From Dicyema japonicum (lineage: Eukaryota; Animalia; Dicyemida), in the NCBI GenBank assembly GCA_011109175.1, contig RDEW01000046.1:201545-265544 (forward strand): DNA of 64,000 nucleotides, read 5' to 3'. Under the pieces are notes generated by a model, which was not told the origin of the DNA, ran no database searches, and was given only the letters and a program-made list of their open reading frames with translations. The position numbers and the translations under genes were made by a program. Of this stretch, positions 52,716 to 64,000 are shown piece by piece. Each line of letters starts with the position of its first letter. Within the stretch, counting starts at the first letter, position 1.

Positions 52716-55570
52716 TAAAGGCAAGGTCAAGGAACTCCGTTCAATCCTGGCAAATCAGAAGATCGACGTGGCCATGATTCAAGAAACTAAACTCCGCATG
52801 CATGATTCCACTCCTTCATTCCCTGGATACGAGGCAATCAGGATGGACCGCAATAAGAGAAAAGGGGTGGATTACTTACTCTATTAAAAGACTGAAATGC
52901 AGAGACATTACTTCGGAAGTGAGGAAACTTGTTGGAAATGACGAGGTTACTGAGGCAATTGGAATCTCGCTTGGGACAACGAAAGGAAGTATGTGCCTCG
53001 TGAATATCTACTTGCCTCCTCCCGGCTCCTGCCCAAAGGACTATGTTATTCCAAACCTATCAAAATTGGCTATCTACGATGAGATCATCATATGTGGAGA
53101 TTTAAACGCAAAGCACCCATTATGGTTGTCAACCCAACAGGCCGACACGAGAGGCTATTGCTATTGAAATCGGACTCCCTAACGATTCTGAACGATCCAC
53201 CGAAAAATATAAGGACCCCACTCAGAGAGACGGATCAGCCTACCTTACCGGATGTAACACTCTGCTCATCGTCGCTTTCATCAAAAATTGATTGGTCAGT
53301 CATAATCCAATTGTGATGAAGATCATGAGATAAGTCAGAGTGAGGAGAACACCTGCTAGTTATAACTACAAAGCTGCTAATTGGGAATTGTATCGCGCAA
53401 TCTCTAATGATAGACTGAAGAATTGTTACTTGGACAGCTTCAAATCGCTAGAAAAAGCAATCAAATACTTTACTTGCACAATCCTAGAAGCAAGATCATT
53501 GGCTATTCCCAAGCATCGTCTAAATTCCTCTAATGGTCGAGAAAAGTCGGCATTGATCAAAGAAAAAAATCACCTCAAAAAATCTAATTGGATCACATTA
53601 GAAACGAAACTCCGGATCAGAGCTCTAAACAACGAAATAAAGGCCAGATAGTTCAAAGCCCAGAAATTGAAGTAGAATCGGATTCTTACAAAGGTAAATC
53701 GCAATCGTAGTACCGGAGAAGTGTGGAAAGTCATCCGAAATGTTGCAAAGGGAGAAGAAACTTCCCCCGAGGATGACTATACTCAACGAGACGTTAACAA
53801 TTTGATAAAATTCTACACAAAAATTTCGTACAAGGAACACAGGAAGTCGGAAGTGCTTCACTCTTCACGCAGAAAACTGAAGAAAGATTCTAACCCAGTT
53901 TACTTCTCGGATGAAATCGTGAAGAATTTATTTATTTATTAACCCCGGATACACCGAGAAAGAAGTTAAAGTAAACAATTAATTAAGTGTATCCAGTTTC
54001 CACTTCTACAGAAACAGAGTCCATCCGGAATCAGCATAAAGGTTAAGACGTCCATTACATGCAGTTGTGGAAACCCCTCCAGTCGAGTGGGGAAGAGCAA
54101 ATGATCATTTTTCATGCCGGCCTGGCACTGGGCGTGACCTAGACAGGTGGATCACACGACGCCACTCTATTAGGAAGAGTGGAGGAACAGACAAGCAAGC
54201 AGAAAATTTAAACCAATTAACCACGCAGCACCACATGGCGCCACGCGGCCTTATATTCAAGACAAAACAACGAAGTTATATAAAACGTGAAGAATGCGCT
54301 GCGTTTTACAAGAACAACGTACTCTCCCGGACCCGACAACATTTCAGTAGTGTTATTGAAGAACCTAGGAGATATGGGAGTTTGTTTTCTAACGTCGATT
54401 TTCAACTATTAAATTAATTATAATGTAATACCGTTGTTATGGAAGCAAGCCAACATCCGACCTATACTAAAACCTGGAAAACCTAGGGAGGATCTGGCAT
54501 CATCAGAAATTAACCAACTTCATTAGAGATAGATTTTCAAACAAACCAAAGCATTTGAAAACAGTCTTATGTTCCATTGATATTAACAAGGTTATTGATT
54601 CTATTTCGAGAAAATTATTATCAAAGAAAATTTTCCAGTCCGAGATCCCGGGGAAACTTAAACTTTGGATAACAAATTTCTTAAGTGGACGGAGGGGACG
54701 TGTATGCCTCGGAGGACTGAAATCAATCTCACGTCTTCTCCCAAACGGTGTCCCCCAAGGATCTCCTTTATCCCCCGCTTTATTCAATTTATACCTGGCC
54801 GACCTCCCGACACCGGAATCCAATAACGATGTTCTACTCTCATATGCGGACGACATTGTTTTGGCCTCGCATGATCGGGATATCCAAAATGCTACAGAAA
54901 GATTACAAATTAACCTGGACCGACTCAACGCCTGGGTAATGAAGAACCGACTCACGATAATTTCCAGAAAGTCGGTCACGTCTATGTTTACTTTGGACAA
55001 AAGGTTGGGGAAGATGACTGTCAAGTTAAAATTGGACAACATTGAAATCCCCTTCACCAAATGTCAGAAAATCCTGGGTGTGACACTGGATACACACTTA
55101 TGTTTGTCACCACACGTGGCAAACATTGTTCTGAAGTGCGAGAAGAGGATCAATGTATTAAAATGTTTATCTGGAATATGGAAGACTGGTACCCACCCGG
55201 TCTTGATGAATATCTACAAACAATACATTGAACCATGCTTCTCTTACTGTGTGCTAAGTGGAGACCTTCATTATCATGGACGAATACCAAGAAAATCGAG
55301 GACGTACAAAAGAAGGCTTTCAGAGTCACGGAGAGGTGGACTTGTGGAAGACACATAACCGGACCGACTACTCTGGAGGCCCTCATTAAACAAAACTCCG
55401 GCATGCGGGAAGGTGGCTCAGCAAATACAGTCAGCCGCCCAGTACGAGCTTGTGTGGGTACGAGGGATGAGCACCGGGAAAGAATGAGGATTTTGGCGGA
55501 GCGCATCGGGATCACGTGATAGTTAGTTTTGGTTTTACCGTGGTCTTGGGTGTTAAATAAATAAATAAAA
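52716..55570 (+). mobile_element. Vingi/Ingi-like LINE (interrupted)
   Basis: TSD atctat (52710-52715 / 55571-55576); IQETK, GDLNA, SYADD and GIT*. Confidence 0.88.
53928..54285 (-). mobile_element. Non-autonomous Vingi-like element, copy 3
   Basis: TSD cgtgaagaat (53918-53927 / 54286-54295); removing it restores the host frame EIVKNALRFTRTTYSPGPDN. Confidence 0.9.
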
Positions 55571-55684
55571 ATCTATGCCGTGGCTTAGAGAATTGTTTTA
55601 CGGAGGCTCAGTACGAGTTCCCTCACCATCAAAAGCTAGAAGCTGTGCAGATCAAATCATAATGGATCAAAAATTGTTAATTCA

Positions 55685-56168
55685 ACAGAAGACCCCAGCG
55701 AATATGAATAAAGCAATCGGAACCATATACCGCCAGACAATCGGCTGTAGAATATGCCTCTGCTGCGTGGAGATTCGCGTTATCAGAAGCCACTATCCAA
55801 AAACTAAATTTGCTGCAAAGGAAAACAATACGTATGCTGGGACCACAATGTGGAACAGAAATACCTCCCCTGCTGACGGAATCTACAACTCGTAGATGTG
55901 GTTTCGGATTTTTCCGCATTTGCGAGGAAGATGGACACCCACTAAGCCTCTCACTGTTCCACGCAAAAGAAAATCGGTTGGCTAAGAAATTTCCTTCCCC
56001 AATCGGCTTCTTCTGCAAGGATCAAAGAAGGCATTTGTTCGACAGTGGGAACAATGGAGACGCACAGGCTTTCGGATGGCACTTTGGTTGGGGAACTGGG
56101 ATCACCTAACTAGTTGACTTTACTTTTGTCTTTCTTTCTCGGTGATCCCGGGTTAATAAATAAATAAA
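55685..56168 (+). mobile_element. 3' end of Vingi/Ingi-like LINE
   Basis: QKTPANMNKAIGTIY shared with the 7062 ORF; GIT* and perfect family stem. Confidence 0.82.
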
Positions 56169-56169
56169 T

Positions 56170-57560
56170 GTGTCACGATACAAAAGTGATTTTAAGATTT
56201 TGGAAGTGGACATGTCCAGTGCGTTTGACACTGTCAACAGAAAAACATTGTTGAACGTTGCTGTGAGTTTTCTTGATGAGGGTAACACAAGACTTGTCCG
56301 CTTCATATTATCAAACACTTAATTAACTGTACGAGTTGGGAACACAACATCGAAGCCTTTCGGGACAACTGTTGAATACCTCAGGGGGACTCTCTATTTC
56401 CGGTTCTATTCGTCGTATACCTGGAAGCGGAATTGAGAGCTCTTATAACAAAATGTGAAGGATGCATGCTGATGGAGATTATATATGCAGAAGACATAGA
56501 TTTTTGTGTCAGAAAATGATCTGGAACTTCATCTTCATCAGAGGGTTTTGTCAGGGAGAATTTTTTAATGTTTTCATCAGTCATCATAGTGATGAATTAA
56601 AATGTTACAGAAAAAAGTTCTTTTTACTAATGCTCTACGTTTTAACGAAATTTTTTGAAAATTGAAATTTTATTTTTTTCCAGAAACACAACCGCACATC
56701 TTCAACCATGGATGCAGCACAATCAAGAACTTTAAGCATTATTATATAAAAAGGCTTATATACTCTTGATTTGGAAAGATTTTTTTTGTGAATGTACGAA
56801 AGCCATCATTATTGTATCTCACACACGAAGTAAAAGACCATAAAAATGTTTTAAAAAGACTGAGGCAATTAAATGTCTTGATTAATGTGCTAATGAAGAT
56901 ATAATGAAAAATCCTGTTTTGAAAATCCCTGGAGAATTTAAGAATTGGTCACTGCGAGTTAATCAGGAAAAGACTGAACACATAAGAATCACAAGGGAAT
57001 TAAAATATATTGATAAAAATTTGAGGATAAAAGGAAATTGGGATCCTTACTTGGTGATAGTGAGGACATGATGTACAGAAGAAGTCTAGCCACAGCCATG
57101 TATAAGAAAATGCAGAAGATATGGAGTCGACGCAACTAATAAAAACAAATCTAAGAATAAGACTATACAACTCATATATAAAGCTGATGCTTATGTACAA
57201 CTCGGGTACATGGAGGGTCACAGAGCTAGAGCTCAAGAAAATGGATATATTTCATCGAAAACAATTACGCAATTTAATGGGCCTAAGTTGGCCCAAGAAG
57301 ATTTCAAATAGAAATTATACTCTGTGGTACAATCGAGGACAATGAGCATCGACATTATTGAGTCAAGATGGAGACTGTTTGGGCACGTGATTAGAATGGA
57401 CATAAACTCCAAATATAATAATGGACAATTAATTTAACAATGAGAACAAACCATCGTTCAGAGGAAAACCCAGAGTCACTCTACCCGTGGCTTCTGAACA
57501 AGGATCTTAATGGAATTGGAAGAAAACTTAAGTCTGCAGAAGACCTAGAACAACTAATCA
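56170..57560 (+). mobile_element. Degenerate RTE-like RT
   Basis: DMSSAFD, PQGDSL, FHRKQLR and RWRLFGHV remnants; unrelated insert at about 56520-56905. Confidence 0.7.
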
Positions 57561-57699
57561 TAAAGAGAAATGCTTTTTCGATCCTGAGAGCACAATTAAT
57601 TGAAAGATATGATTAGTTAGTATTTTAACTTTATTTTTATATTTTAAAGCATTATTTTTTTCAAAAAAACTAATTGAGTTTGAAATAGGCTTGATATTA

Positions 57700-57978
57700 A
57701 TGCACTTCACGAAAAGCCATATTAGCTATAGCTCCTCCCAGGCAGGACACACACTTTCGATGTAGGAGAAACAAGAAATACTCTTCATTTCTTTTTGTTG
57801 GGTGTAAGTCATTTTTTTAAACGATCAGGTTCCGCAGTGAGATCTTCACTGATGACAGCATCATTCCAAAGCATCGTAGATGCGTTGAACTTTCAGCCGT
57901 AATGTACAATAAGGAGATTCTAACTAAGGTCCATTAGGTCCATTTTGCACAGTACTCGTTACACTACGCCACCCACCC
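57700..57978 (-). mobile_element. tRNA-headed SINE, divergent copy
   Basis: A box tggcgtagtg; gcatctacgatgc, cactgcggaac and aaagtgtgtgtcctgcc shared with 41792. Confidence 0.75.
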
Positions 57979-59556
57979 ACTCTTACGAAAATAAAAAACA
58001 TTTATTATGGTGATATTTTTATTTGTGCACTAAATCTACATATTTTAAATATAAGATCGATTCCATATATAAAAATATCTTATAAGAAATAAGGAGAATT
58101 TTATTTACTCACAAATTCAAGTCTGATTAAAGTTAGGGAGAATCGACAAATTAATTGACAGAATTAGGATCTTCTGCGGGGATTATAAAACCTCACTTAT
58201 TTCACAAGTGAACATGCGACATAAAATATCTTCTATAAGTCTTGCTCACCATTCATAAGCTATTAAAGCCTGTTGTTGAAAAGAAAAAAGTATGTTAACC
58301 TACCCGACGAAGTTATGTTTACTTCTCTTCCTTGGAAACTTCGGTGTCGTTTGAAATTTCTAAGCCAGCGGGAATCGGATTTCCGCACTATCTAAGATCT
58401 CCCTGAGCGCCGTTGGCTATTCAAGCAAGTTTCGCTAACCATGAGAGGGAATAACTTTGCAGTCATGGCTTTTACATTCTTTTGCTATTAATTTAGTAAT
58501 CCCTCTTTGATTTGCATTTCGTAAGGATTATTTTTAACCGAAGAAAACCAACGTGAGAAGGTCCCAAACCTAGAAAAGTATAGCTGGCTGCAAGGTTAGC
58601 ACTCCGAGAGCGTACGAAACAGCAGTGCAACAACAAGAATATCTTCCACGTGATTTTCAAAATTTATATTATAAATGCATCGTGAAGTAATTCTGTGGAA
58701 TTGCTTTCACTCCTTCTCTCATATAAACTATGTAAATAGGGGGTAATAATAATAATAATGTAAATGGCTTTCATGAAAAATGTCAACCACAGCCAATACT
58801 TTATTCCTTCGTATTTTGGAGTCCGAAAAGAAGATCCATTGCTCATTATCGGATCACAAGATATTCTACCCCTTCGAGCGTGCGGTACTTGATATCACCA
58901 ATTTTGAATTCCCTAACCTGAATTTAATTTGATCCTTTCATCGTTAAGAAAGATCACTTCCAAGACCTTATTTATTTACATAACCCCAGATTCATCAAGA
59001 AAGAAGCAATAGCCTAGAAGCATGGCGTGGGAAGTTGCATAATTTTGTTTTTTGCATTATCGCGATGTCTAATTTTTGATCTATCAATAAGGTAAGCATC
59101 TCCAAAACTTTGCTTCTGATCGCATTTATGTTCAATGATCAGGAAGGAGCATGGATCAGGGTTCTGTTCTAGATCGCATCAGCAGATCAGGTTAGAAACT
59201 AATGATGTGACGTGGTAGGGAAAGAGAGAATGATTATTTTTCATGCTCATTGGAACTGGTGCCGTTAAATAAGAAAACCACTTGATGGCATTTTTTCGGT
59301 AGACTTCAAAAATGCGAACAAACAAACATAAAAATTTACTAATTTATAATAATCAAAATAAGTGATAGTGCTTTTACAAAAATAATTTTTACATAAATGA
59401 ACAAGTACAGTTAGACTTGGGTTTAGGGGATACCCTAGGGCATTTATATATTTGGTGTCAAAACCAAGGTCTGAGTGATCCATTGGAATAAAATATAACA
59501 TTTACTATAAATTTAAAGATTTTCAAATTAAAAGATTACTCAAATGATCTACACTA

Positions 59557-61259
59557 TTATTTCTGTACTATTTGATTTACGACATCTTCAAAATCTGATC
59601 TCACCTTGTCAGTAATCTCAATAAACTCCCGAACATCACATTCTCTAATGTTTTGAAGTTCTTTGACTGCATTAGTTAATAATTTATTTTCTTCATGTAA
59701 TACTTTGATAATTTCGTTTGTTGATTTGGCTTTATTTACGGATTCTGTTTTATTAGACATTAGCAATAATTCAGTATTTCTATTATTCAATTATATTTTT
59801 ACCTTTCTTGCGAAAGAATCAACTGCTGAGATAGTTTTATCTTTCCTCTATAGTAAGGTTCGAACATATTGCTCTCAGTTTTACCAATTCAGGGTCCTTT
59901 ATTATCTGACAATCTTCTGATTTATCAATATTTGATTTTTTCAGAATTAAATTTTCTGTGGTAAGTTCATTATTTGTGTTCTCAAGCTGAATGATTCTTG
60001 ACTGTAGTCTTGAACATTCTGATTTAATTTCATTGACCTCCAGTGTTCCTTCCCCCATTGAATTCTTTAGTTTTTCTTGATTATTCTCAAAGTAACAAAA
60101 CGTAATACAATGAGTGCTTCAATCAACTCATCATCATGCTTGCTTTTTGTTATCACGTTGTTCATTTGACTCTTTACCCCTTTAATTTCACGTCCCATAA
60201 TTTCATTTCTTTTAAAATAATGTAACGACATAACCTTAGTTTGACTCCATCGTGCTTTTCTTTCATTTCGCTGTACATTTTTGTTTTTTCTTCGACTTCT
60301 TGTTGAAGTTTCTTTTTTAATAAATTACTGGTAATACGTATATTTGTTTAGCTTTTTGTTCTTCCATGTTACTAATATGTCTTTGTGCTTTTGAGTTGTT
60401 TTGATGAACTTGTGTTTTCTTTTGAACTCCTCTCTCAGCAGCTAATTCCTTTTAGTTTCCTCCAACTAGAGTAAATTTTACTTTTTAACCTTTCGCTGTA
60501 AAATAGCGATCTGCTCAGCCCTACCTTTCCAATTTGAGTTTCCAGCAAGAACCGTCTTAAAGTCAATAGAATGTCCAATTTCTAACTCCATAGCCTATTA
60601 ACAAATAAATACTATTATGCCTTTATTAATATTTTATTTTCCCGTCTAATTCCTTCAGTTTCGTTTCTAAGAGATATAACCTTCCCTTCTGCCTGTTTCA
60701 ACTTTTCATTGAGAACCAACAAATCCATTTGCATCTAAATATTTGAAAATATGAACTTGTGGCTTAAATTCTGCAGCTATACTTTTAGTTTGCTGATTAA
60801 ACGACCTATCAGTTATTTTTTTCACATTCTTTACTTCTTTTTCAATTTGCTTCAATTTATTAGCGAGTTGGGAATTCCGAGACTTTTCACTGTGAAGTTG
60901 GGAAGTCAAATTACGCACATTTTTTGATATTCGAGAATTTTTGAAGCTGCAGCGTCTTTTTCAACAAATCCTTAATGTGATTCAAAATGAGAACCATTTC
61001 CAGTGAGGAGATCTTTTTCTTGGGCATATGTGGTCTTTAATGTCTCATTTTCAAATTTCAAATCATCAATGTTTGATAAGTCTGCATTTTCATTGGTTAT
61101 TTCCTGTTCTGTTAAACAATCTAACCCTTATTTGTTGATTTAAATATGTCACAATATCCTGAGAATCTGTGTTTAACTTGCTTTAATATTTATAATTATT
61201 ACTTGTAAAAGCATATCATCTGAGACTCCATAAATATCTTTTATGGCTTGGTTAGACAT
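59557..61259 (-). CDS. CCDC13: CCDC13-like coiled-coil protein (tiny introns)
   Basis: NWKGRAEQIAILQRK near 60490-60535 resembles CCDC13 WRGRAQQILVLQSK; KSKHDDELIEAL and coiled-coil exons. Confidence 0.72.
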
Positions 61260-61360
61260 TGTTGCCTAGATACTATTTTATTTAAATAAATAATGCTCAA
61301 TAATCAAATATTAACACCTCTCAAAAATTATATTTATTATATGTTACACAATTAAACTAT

Positions 61361-64000
61361 TTTTGGTTGAGGTGGTGACGTCCCTCTACTTGCACTATGT
61401 CTTCTTCGTATTGCTTACCAGTTTCTCCCCTCACTCTTGGATCCCTCAACTGCCGAGGCCTCAATCAGTGCTACAAGAAACAACAATTGGCGCGTGATCT
61501 GAGTAAATACAACATCTCTGTCTGTTGTTTGCAAGAGACGAAAATAACCGAACAATCTGCAGAACTGTTTCAGAATTTTTACCTTTTGACCCTCACACCA
61601 GACTGCAGGCACTATGGGCTCGGATTTGCTGTTCATCGGCACTTGTTTCACTGTGTCTCAAGAGTATGGGCAGTATCTGACCGTGTCGCGGTGTTACAAA
61701 TCAAATGCGGAAACAAACTCAACTCAGTGATCTCCATCATAAATGTATATGCCCCAACCGGAGCACGTGTATCAACGAATATCGAAGAACTGGATACGTT
61801 TTACTCTACTCTCACAAGTGTGTACAACTCACTTTCATCCTCTTACTTTCTTTTTATCGCCGGGGACTGGAACGCCAGGGCCGGAAAAGCAAGACCTGGT
61901 GAAACGTGTATTGGATCCCACGGTAGAAACCGCCGTAACATCCCCGGAGAGGCATTAATACAATTTTGCACGGCATTCAACCTACTCATATGCAACACTT
62001 GTTTCAAGCACCCGGCAAGACACAGGACCACGTGGGTTGGTACCAGAAAAGGCAAATCTGGAAACACAGTCAATATATACAATCAGATCGACTATATTAT
62101 CTGCAAGCAACATCAGAAGGCCCTCCTACAGGACTCGAGATCTTACGGTGGACTTGAAACAAGTAGCGATCATAAACTTGTGGTCGCCCGGCTAGTACTT
62201 AAAAGAATCCATGGAATACACGGGAAACACAAAGGCCTTACCTCAGTACGTTTCGACACTGAGAGGTTACGCTACGAAGAATCCACCAAATGTCGTTATA
62301 GTGCAGTTCTGAGAGATAGCATCAACAGTATTAACCAAAATCAGCCGACAAACAGCTTATGGGATGAAATAGTGGTTGCTATCCAAAACACAGCCTTTAG
62401 TGTGCTTGGTCACATCACCAAATCTCGTCACAAACAATGTAATCCGGATATCGGACAACTCTCTGTAACACAGAAAGAGCTCAGACTCCGGATGGAAAAC
62501 ACAAACGCTCCGGAAGATATCAAAGTACTGCGCACCCAGAGAGGGAGAGTCTTAACGAAGATCAAACAAATACAAAGATTCCTTGCCAAAAATGAAGCTG
62601 AGGAGAAAATCTCAGACATATTAAAGTACAAGAACGGACCAAGAATGTTCAAAGCAATCCGGCTTCTTAGCAGAGAAAACTGTCCAATTTCGTTAACTGT
62701 CCATGACAACCTTGGTCACGACGTTATCGGGACCATTAACAAAGCAAACGTTCTGGCATCCCATTTTGACCTTATGTTCAACAAACAGGACGCGGCTGAC
62801 CAAGCAATGAAATCTCGGAAGTCTTACAAGTACACTCTAACTAGCCCTATTACCATATCCGAAACTCAACAAGCTATTAAAAAATTAAATACCGGAAGAT
62901 CTGCCGGACCAGACTTCATTACTGCAGAACTTTTACAATACGGCCCGGAGGAGCTAATTGAAATGATTACTAACATTTTCAACCGGTCTCTCGAGGGTGC
63001 AGATGAACTGGAACTGGGAAAAGGGTGGCTAATTCCACTACAAAAACCGGGAAAAAGTAAAGGCCCCCCTCACAACTTCAGACCTATTATACTCCTAACC
63101 TCCATACGAAAAACATTATCCCTCATTGCTTTAAACCGAATAAAGGAGAGGGTGAACATATTTCTTTCGGACGGCCAAAGTGGATTCCGGACGGGCAGGT
63201 CCACGGCTGACGTGGTATGGGGGCACAGGTGGTATTGTGCCCTGTGCCAAAAATACAAAAAATCTATTGAGATACTTGGTATCGACATGTCCCGTGCGTT
63301 CGACTCGGTGGACCGTGGAAAACTTATGGAAGTGTTGGAGAGTTTTCTACTGCCTGACGATGTCAAAATAATACACTTACTCATGCGGAACACTCAACTT
63401 GCCGTCAAAATTGGTGACTCTACCTCTAACTTTTTTTCGACCTCACGTGGAGTTCCACAGGGGGACTCACTATCCCCGGTCCTCTTTATTGTCTACCTTG
63501 AGGCCGCACTAAGAGAGTTCAGACCCCTGGTTGGCAACAATTATAACGAGATAATCTACGCGGACGACCTGGACTTTGTTTCTGAGGATATTCAAGTACT
63601 TCAACACATGCTTAACGTTCTTCCACACGTATTCTCGAAATGGTTCTTAACCGTTAACACCGATAAAACAGAGTTCACAACACTTACACGCAATGATCGA
63701 AGATCGGACGAGTCTTGGAGAAAGCAAAAGAAGGTGGGTTCGCTTCTCGGGGACTCAGAAGATGTTTCTCGGAGGAAAATCCTCGCAATGTGTGCACTAA
63801 AGAAAGTATCGAATATGTGGGGTCATAAGAAGAGGATGGGATTAAACACCAAACTCAGAATATACAAGGCTTTTGTCATCCCCGTCCTGACCTACAATTC
63901 AGGCACTTGGGGAATCTCTAAACAAGAGATGGACCGTCTTGACGCTTTCCACAGGACACAATTGAAATCAGTAATCAAGATCAAGTGGCCTAAGAAGATC
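61361..64000 (+). mobile_element. Apparently intact RTE-like LINE running off the window
   Basis: 5' motif at 61361; single APE-RT frame. Confidence 0.92.
61397..64000 (+). CDS. APE endonuclease-reverse transcriptase ORF (3'-incomplete)
   Basis: ATG at 61397 is in frame with YADD at 63557; LQETK, GDWNA, YNQIDY, SDH, QSGFR and PQGDSLSP present. Confidence 0.85.
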   Translation, partial: MSSSYCLPVSPLTLGSLNCRGLNQCYKKQQLARDLSKYNISVCCLQETKITEQSAELFQNFYLLTLTPDCRHYGLGFAVHRHLFHCVSRVWAVSDRVAVLQIKCGNKLNSVISIINVYAPTGARVSTNIEELDTFYSTLTSVYNSLSSSYFLFIAGDWNARAGKARPGETCIGSHGRNRRNIPGEALIQFCTAFNLLICNTCFKHPARHRTTWVGTRKGKSGNTVNIYNQIDYIICKQHQKALLQDSRSYGGLETSSDHKLVVARLVLKRIHGIHGKHKGLTSVRFDTERLRYEESTKCRYSAVLRDSINSINQNQPTNSLWDEIVVAIQNTAFSVLGHITKSRHKQCNPDIGQLSVTQKELRLRMENTNAPEDIKVLRTQRGRVLTKIKQIQRFLAKNEAEEKISDILKYKNGPRMFKAIRLLSRENCPISLTVHDNLGHDVIGTINKANVLASHFDLMFNKQDAADQAMKSRKSYKYTLTSPITISETQQAIKKLNTGRSAGPDFITAELLQYGPEELIEMITNIFNRSLEGADELELGKGWLIPLQKPGKSKGPPHNFRPIILLTSIRKTLSLIALNRIKERVNIFLSDGQSGFRTGRSTADVVWGHRWYCALCQKYKKSIEILGIDMSRAFDSVDRGKLMEVLESFLLPDDVKIIHLLMRNTQLAVKIGDSTSNFFSTSRGVPQGDSLSPVLFIVYLEAALREFRPLVGNNYNEIIYADDLDFVSEDIQVLQHMLNVLPHVFSKWFLTVNTDKTEFTTLTRNDRRSDESWRKQKKVGSLLGDSEDVSRRKILAMCALKKVSNMWGHKKRMGLNTKLRIYKAFVIPVLTYNSGTWGISKQEMDRLDAFHRTQLKSVIKIKWPKKI

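Larger units (their letters stand above)
51340..55688 (+). mobile_element. hAT/CGGBP1-like transposon, copy 3 (three pieces)
   Basis: Pieces at 51340-51395, 52608-52715 and 55571-55688 match copies 1 and 2. Confidence 0.7.

Noticed and set aside
56096-56109. GGATCACCT resembling the 3' end of 16S rRNA
   Set aside because: Explained by the LINE GIT codons and terminal stem; no other rRNA sequence nearby
58905-58925. ccctaacc as a telomerase RNA template
   Set aside because: An 8-mer is expected by chance; no pseudoknot or H/ACA seen, and a retroelement tail fragment follows at about 58968-59008

Overview
AT-rich animal genomic DNA. Seven host genes are recognisable: innexin, a rabaptin-like coiled-coil gene, MED8, RPL32, a GBF1-type Sec7 ARF-GEF, PRP4 kinase and a CCDC13-like gene. 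Most are split by very short (22-26 nt) GT-AG introns, which points to a dicyemid mesozoan (cephalopod kidney parasite); this is inferred from intron size, not from a search. Most of the remaining sequence is nested transposons. Non-LTR groups: RTE-like and Ingi/Vingi-like APE-RT elements (the latter with a 2A peptide), R4/NeSL-like and CRE-like RLE elements, a tRNA-headed SINE, and short bipartite derivatives. DNA transposons: pogo, Tc1/IS630, MULE and hAT/CGGBP1-like. Three patterns stand out. (i) Every RTE-like element that keeps its 5' end sits head-to-head with a host gene start and shares a 5' motif. (ii) A covarying 3' stem overlaps the last codons and loops out the stop codon in two LINE families and in their non-autonomous derivatives. 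(iii) Two unrelated Tc1/mariner-superfamily elements inserted into the same TATA of two hAT copies. All calls are by eye. Clade names are provisional and boundaries of degenerate elements are approximate.
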